From: Trichinella spiralis
Taxonomy: Eukaryota
Assembly (NCBI RefSeq): GCF_000181795.1
Contig: NW_003526947.1
Coordinates: 1,100,029 to 1,164,028 of the forward strand
Direction: 5' to 3'
Length of the DNA stretch: 64,000 bases
Shown here one piece after another: positions 53,509 to 64,000 of the stretch. Within the stretch, counting starts at the first letter, position 1. Every line of letters starts with the position of its first letter. The translations under genes and the position numbers were made by a program. The notes beneath the pieces were generated by a model. The model was not told where the DNA came from. It saw only the letters and a program-made list of their open reading frames with translations, and did no database searches.

Positions 53509-55130
53509 TACGAAAGAACGGTGCCACAATTTACCGCTTCATCCACCATTACCACCACCACAACCAGCACAAGTACCGCAGCAGATTAATTATTCTTCAC
53601 ATTCGGAGGCGACAGAATTTTTCCAAAACTACCATCACCACCACCACCAAGTCACGGTTATCGAAGAAGAATGTGCTTTGTTCACTCCAGGAACGTACTT
53701 GTTTTTTTTTTGTGGAAAAAATTTTCAAAATCGATGCGGCAACTCTTGTTGTTTTTGGTAACTCTTGTTGTTGTTCAGTACGTTTTTTAATATCGATGTT
53801 GGTTTGTATTCGCAGATGAAGAGTCGATTTGGCAACTTATTACCACAAGTGAACAACATCTCGCATTCATCAAATGCAGTCATTCTTCTGCAGTCAATCA
53901 TTGAAAAGAGCTCTCGACATTGAAATTAATTATTAGTGTCGAAACGCGTACCGTGCATGGTGATGGAAAAATGTTTTTCAGCTTTATAACTTTTCACTTT
54001 TCGTCTCCTCTTCTCATATTATATTCTCTTCAGTTTTTTCGTGAGTCTGTATATGCTGCTGCACATGTGCATATTTTATACATTTGTTTTTCTTGCTTTA
54101 GGTTTGATTGATTGAGTTTGGTTTAGTTGTTTGCTTTTTCCTTTGTGTCTGTGTGTATATGAATTGTGTTCTTCTATTCATTTTTTGCGCTCGACTGTTG
54201 TTGCTGCGTCATCGTTATCACTTTGATCACTTGATGCGCAGAAACAGTTGTTGCGCTGGATAGATTATTTTTAGGCTTTTTTACATCGCATGATTTGCCG
54301 CTTGTCGATGAAATAGATTGTAAAGCTTTTTCAAATGTTTCATGCAATTTCAAAGCATTCTTTGTTTCATTGTGTTGTTCATTGAGGAAAAAAAAAACAG
54401 ATTTGTTTTCATGCAGAAATTTACGTTTCTCTGTATTTTTTTTCTTATGATTGTGTGGTGGTAATAGAGGATTTTCATTTAGTGAAATGATCATATCCAA
54501 ATTCAGTAATGCATTAATCGCCATCGGCGGATTTGCATTTATTATTTGCACGTGGTGGGAGAAAGTTGGTGCTTTATTTGACTTCATTTCGTTGAATGAA
54601 AATGCTTATCTTATTTGCGCACACCATCTCTCTTAATACTTGCTCATGAGTGTTGGCATTGGGACGTGTTTGCTTTAGTACTCTCTCTCTCTCTCGTTCT
54701 CTTTGCATGCATTTATTTTGCATATGATGTATTCGCTTTTGCAATAATTTGAATGAATGAGAGAAATTATAAGTTTCCTTATAATGCACAAATTGTTTTT
54801 TCTATTGTGTTGCATAATATGAATATATATATATATATATTATTCAAATTTATTTTTATACTGCAAACATGTGAAATAAAGAAATTTAGTTCATTGCTTC
54901 ATGTCGAGCTACCTTCTTTACTGTTATTTCTTTTATAGAGATTCACACAAGCATCACTTTTAGCATCGCAATCAATTTTGATTATTTGTGAAAAACAAAC
55001 ACAGAAATCGAGCTTGTCAGAGAATGAATAAACAATTCTCAATCGTATAATTAATTAATAATTGGCAATCAACTCGTCTACAGTAGAAACTTATATTTTA
55101 TCATGTCGTCTTTGTGGATGGGAGATAGTA

Positions 55131-56814
55131 TTAAAATGTAACTGGATCGGCGTAGGCGCACATCGTTTCAATGGCCAAATTGTAATGCCGTCCAGTGTTG
55201 TTTTTGAATTCACTCGTTACTATTCGGAAAAAACCATGCTCTCCCTGAAAGTGGATATTTATTTTTCAACGGGTGCTACAACAACGAGAAAATGTTGAAA
55301 TGCTTGCCCATGGTGAACCCCACGAATTTCGACCGATCCAATACTGAATTCCACTTTCTTCGTCAACGCCCCATCCGACGACAGAAATGATGTGATTGAC
55401 CTGATGATGAAATCAAAGTAAGTGTTTTATTTTTTGGTTTTTCAAAAAATTTCAACATTTACTATTGGCAAAAGCTTGTGTTCTGCATATATTCCTCCAG
55501 TATATGCTTCGAAACTGTCGGTTACAGCTATTCCGCAACTAAAAATTGAAACATTTCAAAAAAGTTCACCGCAATCAGTAATGTATGCAAATCGACCATG
55601 CTATAGCTAAATATTGTCAAATGTTCCAATTTTTGTTAAAACTTGTAACTGGGGAAATTTTTTTATTCATTTTGTCTTAATTTACAATTGTATATTGCAT
55701 TGTTTTTTTCATTAAAAATTTCTGGAATTATTATCGAACAACTTACGCGATGGGACCGTTTTTGTAAATTTCAGCCATCATTTCTACTCTTCCCGACAAA
55801 GGTCCATAATCTCCGACTTTGTACAAGGTGTAATTTGTTACTGGATAGCATTGGCCGAACGTGACGCAGTTGCCGCATTCGTTGAATTTATCGCAAACTG
55901 AAATTCAAAATATAACAATAATAATAATAATATGGGAATTTTTTTGACTTTTCTCAAGTTTTGAAGGGTAATTTTGTTTGTACAAACGTTAATTATGATG
56001 AAGATGATCGATTTGAAACGAAAAAATACCTCCATCTTTAGCTTGATAGTTGTTGCAACTTTCATCGACTATTCCGTGCTTGTGCGCAAATGCGTAAACA
56101 GGAAGATGGTTACCTCCGTGACAACTGCCGGCATTGCCGCAGTCTATGACATGTTGAACCGACAGGTAAGCCATAGGCCATTGACCTTTTCGACGGATGT
56201 TGATCCGATCCGCTAAAGCAGATGTAGCTCCCATTGCCCAGCACGAACCGCAGTCTGCAAGATCGTATATAATAAATAAATAGTTCGACTCCATTGTTGT
56301 TAGTGATACATATAATAGTACTTCTTAGTGACAGTTTAAAAAAGTGAACGGTAAAAGAGTAGTGTTTTTTTTAATCAACTGATTTTGTATTGGATTGTAA
56401 AATGTCGATTGTTTCATTGCAAATGGATGAATGAAATTTATGAACAACTCACATTGTGGTATGTGTTGATTTCGAGTAGGACTGCAAAAATTGATCCCAT
56501 TGTAGTTGCACCAATTCAATTCTTTGGGCAAATTTTCTACAACGCCAGGATATTCGTGTGGTCGAAGGCGGGTTCTGAAAATTGTTCAATTAGCGATTCA
56601 ACGAACGGTTTTATGAAAATTAGAAAAAACAATAACACTCGGCACACTACTTGACCATGTTGGGTTCATTTGAAAATATCGGCCTGTAGCATGAACGATG
56701 ACCATGACGGACGTTGTTTTTTGTAAAAGCATTTTTCACTTCGACCTTAGTTGGAGCGGTGTAATGGAAAAATAAGTTGAAAAACAGTAACAGTAGAGTT
56801 GAGCTTGTTCGCAT
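55131..56814 (-). CDS. cpz-1: Cathepsin Z/X (papain-family cysteine carboxypeptidase)
   Basis: Signal peptide [12 protein letters not shown] and a short pro-region with SCYRP. RNQHIPQYCGSCWA carries the HIP insertion diagnostic of cathepsin Z. Also [15 protein letters not shown], and an end at ...[16 protein letters not shown]. Seven exons. Confidence 0.96.
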
Positions 56815-57807
56815 AGTTGCGTTCAAATTTTCTCTTTTCCAATTCAATTCAGTGAGTTCGTTTCAAGAGAAAATAGCACAAGAAAATGCTGATCACTTTT
56901 GCATAGGAGGAAGATGAAGCAGTTCGACAGCTGCCAGTTTGCGATTAATAATTCGTTTTATTTGTCAGTTGACGAGACGAACAGCAGCAACAACTGCAAA
57001 ATATCACGAAAAAATATTCAGAAATCAGAAATGTCGGATGAATGGTTTTTGATCTTTGAAAACAAATTGTGAACAACTGCTTTCTTTTTTTTTCTTATAC
57101 ACACATTTTTCACTTTTTCTGCCGGGAAATTATTCATCATTTATTCCTTTGAACGCTAGTTTATTTGCTTGTATACTGAAATGCAAAAAAAAGAGTATCC
57201 CAGCTGGTGTTAGCTAGCTTTGCGGAAAATTGAAGTTTTCTTCATTGTGAGTGATTTTTCAAAATTACTTTTCCCCCTTTTGACATTAAAAGCAAACAAA
57301 AATTCCAATGCAACAACTTTTTCACATTATTCACAAATTGAAACTTTTGAAATTTCCTTTTCATTTCCCAATCTCAGACGAGCAATACTACTTGCTACAA
57401 CTGTATATATATATATATATATTCGATTTCAAACTCTACTTGTTAATTTTCACAGTTTCAAACAGATATTTGTTTTTTCAAATTTCAAGTTATTTTTTAC
57501 TTTTGAGAATTTGAGAAATATTAGATCTCCCTAAATATTACCCATTTCAAAATATGGAAATAAACAATATGCGTAGAACAAATAGTTAAGTTATTATTAT
57601 TATTTATTGACATCATCATATTATTATACTTGTTCACATGACATGTTGTTCATTTGATAAGTGAAAAATCATAATTGAAATGAAAATATGAATGAAAAAG
57701 ATAAACAAAAAATAATATTTTTGAACATTTTGTGAAAGTATAAATAAATAGGTTGGTTAATTTCATTTTTAAAATAAATTTTAAAAAAAATGATGAAAAA
57801 CGGAGGG

Positions 57808-58380
57808 TCATTCTTCCTCCAACATAATCTTCAAGCGCTTTCTGTATGGTAACTTTTCAGAAGTTGCCCAAACCATCTGAAATGGAAAATTAAAAATTAA
57901 TTAGCTGACTCTAAAGTTAATTTTATTTTGTTTCAATTTTTACCGTAGGATTTGTCTGACTATTGTCAATTTTCAACACCATTATTAGCAGTTTCGCAGA
58001 TTCTTCATTTTCCACTGGATTGCGAGTCAGTGTTATTTTGCAACTTTGCTCCGGTTCAAGAATTCCAATTTTTGGCGAAATCGATATTTTGAAACTACTG
58101 CATCTGATCTAAATGAAATAATAAAAAAATTATCATACTGAAATATTTAAATATTATAAATTAGTATAATTGAGTTGTCGGGGAAAAAAAATCCAGCCCT
58201 GCCTTTTGCAATATTTCAAATTTGTAAAATATATTATACAGTATTACTTACTTTATAAGCAATGCGGTCTTTACAAATGTTTTTGATAGTCAACTCTGCT
58301 TGGACAGTCTGCGAACGCTCCCCAAAGATGATTATCTCCTTGTCTGGAATTGTTTCGATTACTTCTTCGTCCATGTTCAT
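57808..58380 (-). CDS. Small (~120 aa) MSP (major sperm protein)-domain protein
   Basis: Exons 58380-58252, 58108-57944 and 57876-57808 (all phase 0, GT-AG) give MNMDEEVIETIPDKEIIF...ELTIKNICKDRIAYKIRCSS...ISPKIGILEPEQSCKITLTR...KRLKIMLEEE*. This fits the MSP-fold motifs (N....RIA[FY]K[IV]K/R and P..G[IV]L.P). Confidence 0.8.
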
Positions 58381-60024
58381 GTTTTTTCAAAGGCGTTGTA
58401 CTTGCACAACTGTTTGCTGTGGAATAAAGTGAATTGTCATAAAATTAGTACAAACGAATGCACATTAAACAAAAGTTTACTTTAAAATGAAATTCTTTTG
58501 TCATATATTTTAAATTTTTAAAATCTGGTGAAAGTTTTAATGTACTGTTTTAACCAATCAGTTGAACTTGTAACAATATATAATGAATGAATCGTCATAA
58601 ATTTGGATTTATTAATTTTAAAAATTCATTTTACTTTATGACATTTATACATATATATATATATTTATTTGTTTGTTTATTTATTTATTTATTTATGAAC
58701 GCTTTATGAACATCATCTATAACTTTGTTATTTGGAGAAAAGTAAATCATAAATAATAATTATTTATTTATGACGCCTTTGAAATGTTAAGGAAAACATG
58801 TGAAAAAAATCAAAGTTATGAATTATTCCACTTAATGTTTTGTAATTTGTAATTGCAGAAATTTTTTTCTATTTCAAGCTTTTCTAATGAGGCTTTCTTT
58901 TTTAATACGATCATCACTGATGTGAACAATTTCACCTTTCTACACAGTTATCCTGATGAAAATGGTTTCAATTGTTATTTTATGAGTTATAATTTATGGA
59001 ATTGAAAGTTAGAATAATGTTTATTTATTTTATATTTTCATTGTACAACAAACAATGCAAAACTGTGACTTGATCGAACAAACTGCTTCAGCAAGTACTT
59101 TTTTTCAGTTTGCTTCAGGTATGCAAAATGCAAACTGTTAAAAAAAAGCAATTTCCAGTTTTAATTCATCTGATTCAACCAGTTCCAAACCGATAAAGCT
59201 TTTATTGTATTTGAAAGATTTACATTTATTTAATAAACGCAAATAGTAGCGATGAAAGTAAGCCATTAGGGTTGATAACTGGAAAATTTGCAATAGAGTT
59301 GCAGTGTGCATTCTATATATTATTATAATTATGATATAATATAACAATGCTCTTTTGGAATGGAGACATTTTGTGATAAGTGATGAATTCACTGAGGATA
59401 CTTGTTTATGCAGTCATTGATGGATGGCATCAGGTAAAAGTGGTTGCTTTAAACTGAATACCCATTTATTAGCAGCATTTTCAACAAATGGGACAATTTT
59501 CGGTTGCTTTCACTGATGACGACGACGACGACGACGACGATAATGATGATATGTTGCATTTGTTATTTCCATTTTAACAAGTTTTGAATTGTACGATAAA
59601 AAAATTAATGTCACAAAAGATTTGGACAAGTAATGCATTGGAACATAATAAAATGCTTTAATTATTGTTTGCTTTTTAGAGATGCAGTTCCTCTGTATCA
59701 CGTGAATTGTAATAAATTGAAACCAAAATTGACTAATCAGCTTTTGTAAATTTGTCTATTGCTGACGGTTTGATTTTCAATTGAAACGCTATCTGTTGTT
59801 TGCAATATTGAATGGAATGTTCATTCTTATTGGAGAAAGAGCGAGAGTGTGTGTGTGTGTGTGTGTCTATGTATATATGTGAGAAGATGATTTATTGAGT
59901 CTGATAGTTAGTGTTCATTTTTCACTGACGTACACTTCGGTGGTTTAGTTTATTTGTGCACTGATTATAACAATCCTGCTGAACAAATACCGACTGAGCG
60001 ATAGCCGACTGATTATCAGCTTTA

Positions 60025-62332
60025 ATGATGAATCCTTCCTGGAGTTACTGGGAAAATGGAGGTAAAGAAAGTTTCTTTCAAACTGCCTAATAAAAATATC
60101 TTCAATGCTCTGCGATTGATTATAATTTGCAATTACTGGTGCACGGATGCTTATTGCATTAGAAATTACTGTGATTACCTGGCCAGATAGTTATGCTATT
60201 TTTCATTTCAGGGATAAATTTTTATGAATGTTATAATTTTATTTCAGTGTCACAAAATGATGTAACAATTTGCAGATGTAATCATTTTTTTCAACTGAAC
60301 TGTGAAAGTTTTTTCAAAAATTTCGCTCAGCATTCATTGTTTGCAATGACTTGCAATCGTCCGAGTTGTTTTCTTCTTCTCACATATCAGTGCTGTAGGT
60401 AGGAATGGGGGAATTTGTTTGTGAAATTTTAAGCAGCGAGAGAGTTTAGCAGACGGCTTTCATTTGGCACAAAGCTTGCAATTTTTCAGCTTTCGTCAAG
60501 TCTGAAGCAAATGCTACTCCAACACACTGCACTGAAAATTAATAATTCTGCTGCAATTAGCACTGGAAATAGGGATGGATCATATAGTATTATAAATCAA
60601 TTTTTAAAAATTGTCCCATTTAATTTCATCAAAAAATTTTTGCCAACCAGACATGTCAATTTTGCAACAGAAAATGCACGTCATTTGGTTGGATATGAAC
60701 AGCTTTTCATGTTCAAGTGAATTAATTAGCTAAAATTTTTCGGCTGATTTTTTACTTTAAACCAATATAAATTTGTTGAAAAAACAAAACACGTATTTAT
60801 TATTGAGAGTTTACAAATTAAACTCTGAAACAGTCACTTCATCACATTTTTTCTGGTCTTTTAAGCTTGTCTGTCTATTAAGCTGACATTATTTCTGATA
60901 CATAATGTAAAGAAAAAATAAATGTTGCAAACAAAATAATTAAACATTCCTCGGTCATGAAGGGAAATCAAGTACTACTAATTACAGTTTACCTTGCTCT
61001 AATGCTAATCCTGTTTATGATAAATTTAGTGTTATTGCCTCTGATCTGAATGCCTTATTTTTATTGTATATGTATTATATATATATATATATATATGTAT
61101 TAGAAAAGTTATTTGAAAAATTACTTTTCTTCAAAAAATTAGTTAGACGTGATGAAAATTTATTTCACTAATCATCATATCAAAATGGTCTTTGATGAGA
61201 AGGTTGTTTTTGTCCACAGGTCCAAAATTTTGGTCAAAAAGTTATCCACTGGCCAATGGCAGTGCACAATCTCCAGTTGATATCACCAACTGCATAAGTG
61301 ATGATTCTCTTCCAGAAAGTGGACCCATAATTCATTACCAAATGAATGATCTGACATCGATTTTCAATACTGGAACGACGTGGCAGTTGAAATGTGCAAC
61401 TGACAGTAAATCAAGTATGCCTTAGCAAGTTGGTAAAAAATATTGTGTGGAAGTTGATTTGTTTTTCTCAATTGAAGACATTGTGAGCGAGCAACTGTCA
61501 GCACCGTATAAGTTGAAACAAATCCATGCCCACTGGGGAACAAATGCCACCGACGGTTCAGAGCATACAATTAATGGAAAACGTTACGCAGCAGAAGTAA
61601 AAAAATTTTGAAGAATTCTTTATTTTTTTTCCTGTTAACGTTTTTCTGTATTTTCTTGTAATTTCAGATTCATCTTGTTCATTGGAACACAAATTACAGT
61701 ACTATTGAGGAGGCGGTCAACTATCGAGATGGAGTCAATGTTTTAGCTGTGCTTGTAGAGGTTTGCATTAAAAAAAAAGCAATGAAACACTTATCCCAGT
61801 GAGGTTAGTGAGCATAGTTTGATTTCATTTTGTCAAGGAATCTTCAACTGAAAATGTTCCACTTCAACCTCTGATCAAATTTATGCGGAAAATTCCTGAA
61901 AAAAATGATACGTATACAATCGAAGAGCCTTTCGACGCGACTGCGCTGCTTCCAAGTGAAAATCCCGAACACTTGAAGTTATTTCAAATTCAAGTTTTGA
62001 ATTGCTTTTTTCCCTTTTTTTATATTAAGATGTTCGAAATTATTTCACCTACGAAGGTTCCCTTACCACCCCGCCGTGTAATGAATGCGTAATTTGGACA
62101 ATCTTTCAGACACCGATTGCAATGTCCTCTTCCCAAGTACCGTACACGGAAGCGTCGTATGTTATGCAAATTTTTCTCAATGCATGCATGCATTTTTCAG
62201 CTCGATGCTTTCCGCTCGTTGAAGACATGCTGTGAGACATTGAACGGCAAAAGAAATATCCTCTGCAACGTTCGTCCAGTGCAGCCGTTGAACGGCCGTT
62301 TGGTACGCTGCAACAGAAAGTGCAGCAAGTGA
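60025..62332 (+). CDS. Alpha-class carbonic anhydrase, predicted cytosolic
   Basis: Exon 60025-60061 (MMNPSWSYWENG) splices to 61220 (GPKFW...NGSAQSPVDI). Zinc ligands QIHAHWG and EIHLVHWN are present, plus GSEHT, YEGSLTTPPC.ECVIW and NVRPVQPLNGR. Confidence 0.94.
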
Positions 62333-63061
62333 AAAACATGGCGCACATCGAAATTTATTTTCCCTTATCCGGCACAAGCATCCGTGAAATTATGCATAAG
62401 TTTGAACAAAGTAAATTACTTATCACACGAATTAGCATGATTTCATTGTTTTTATATTTTTATCAATAAAGGTGCGTTTTCTGTTGTTTGGTAGACTGTA
62501 CTACTTTCATGGGTTTTTTTGGAAGTATTATGTTAATTTTATCATTTTCAGACTATCACGTGTCATCAGTGGGCTATTTTTACACGGAAAGATGAATTTC
62601 ATTTTGTACATTTTATCACATTTTTAATTTTGCACTCTGACTCGGCATGTTGATTCATTCAAAAAATGCTTTTCATACTTCGATGTTTAATTTTACGAAG
62701 AAAAAAATAGTAAAAGTTGGTTGGCTTTGTACAAAATTGCTCATGCATTGCTAACGCATCAAATACTTTTTTTGTGAATAAATTTAACAATTTTGGAGAA
62801 CTTTTATGAATTTCTTTTTTTGAAAATAATTTCACACAATGTATGGAATTTTATTACTGATGATTAAGCATTTGGTTTTTGATTTTTTTTTGTTTTCTTT
62901 TTTCATATGAATAGATTGAATAAGTTTTTGATCATACTGTGAAATGGCAATAATTTTCCCCTGTTTTACCTGCGATGCTGTATTTTTTGTACTGGTTTGT
63001 AATTATTGCCAGTGTTTCTTGGTGAACTATTTATGTTGCTATCTGTTTTGACAGTTTTCAG

Positions 63062-63134
63062 GTGAAGGTGAAATCGCGGAACTGAACGGTGGGTGACAAG
63101 CCTTTTACTTCTGTTGAAAAACTGTTTGTTGCTG
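63062..63134 (+). other. Possible non-coding (5'UTR) exon of a gene continuing beyond the window
   Basis: ttttcag acceptor and ctg|gtaaga donor, with stops in all three frames. A coding-looking open frame (VSVNSGFETDGMLFGELEESG) runs off the window end at ~63920-64000. Confidence 0.25.
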
Positions 63135-64000
63135 GTAAGACGATGAAAATTATTCAGATTTTTTACACCGCGCTATTTGCATTTCATCAGCAATAACAAT
63201 GCAACGATTCAATTTTTAAATGCTCACATTATCAACATAATAATATTTATCATACAAGTGACCCATAGTGAAATGGATTTCTATTTTTGCACATTTTCAG
63301 TATTGATCAATTATTATTTGTATTCAATTTGAATAATTTGGACTAATTTACGTAACAATAATGATAATCATATTTTTTGCATATATATTTAAATAATCCA
63401 ACGGACGAACACTGCCTTTGTAAAATATTATTGCAATTTGCTTGTTTGCAACAGTTTTTTATTAGCATTGATTATTTGAACTTTCAAAAGAAGAAAGAAA
63501 TACCAAAAATTAAGGATTAAAAATAAATTCTGCACGAAATATTTTACGGTTTTTATAAAATACTTTTCCATTTTACATTCAGATACACACATGCACGCAC
63601 TTGCTGAATATTATGTTGAAAATTATTGCAATATTATTTAAAACTTGAAATATTCCTTGATGGTGTGTGTGTGTGTGTATAAGCAGAATATAGGTAAGAA
63701 AATACACATGCTAATTAAAGTTGAAAAAGGCACGCCAATTTTCCATTCTGCATTCAATAGTATCAAGAATGATTTATTTTAATTTGCATGAGATCTGTCA
63801 CCTTATCAGTAGACATTGTTTTTTATTTGATACTTGGTTTAAATTTTGCCAACAAATTTAGCTTTATTGGTTGACAGTGGAAAGAAATTACTGAGAAAAT
63901 TGTTACCAGCTTTTCTAGTTGGTATCAGTGAATTCTGGATTTGAAACTGATGGAATGCTATTTGGAGAACTGGAAGAATCTGGAGTGTCTAGTTTTATTC

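Overview
AT-rich, microsatellite-dense eukaryotic DNA with many short (mostly 60-100 nt) GT-AG introns and TTTCAG-like acceptors. The gene content and style suggest a nematode, most likely Trichinella-like (inference). Eight spliced protein-coding genes were reconstructed by hand: a LAR-family receptor tyrosine phosphatase (ptp-3/Lar, +), an ERCC8/CSA-like WD40 protein (+), the polyadenylation factor WDR33/pfs-2 (+), chondroitin synthase sqv-5/CHSY (-), a ZNF236-like C2H2 zinc-finger protein (+), cathepsin Z (-), a small MSP-domain protein missed by the ORF track (-) and an alpha-carbonic anhydrase (+). I see no rRNA, tRNA, CRISPR array or recognisable transposon, and no evidence of a wholly new multi-gene system. 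The most interesting signals are isoform- and regulation-level. In the LAR gene: an intron-encoded internal signal peptide, a 57-nt in-frame cassette exon in PTP-D2, tandem donors at the mini-exon-A position, candidate alternative first exons, an AG|GTAAG site and a multi-hairpin intronic island. Elsewhere: six DPR motifs and a possible intronic-polyadenylation intron in WDR33, a uORF overlapping the chondroitin synthase start, an RFX X-box, and an obligatory GC-AG intron in cathepsin Z.
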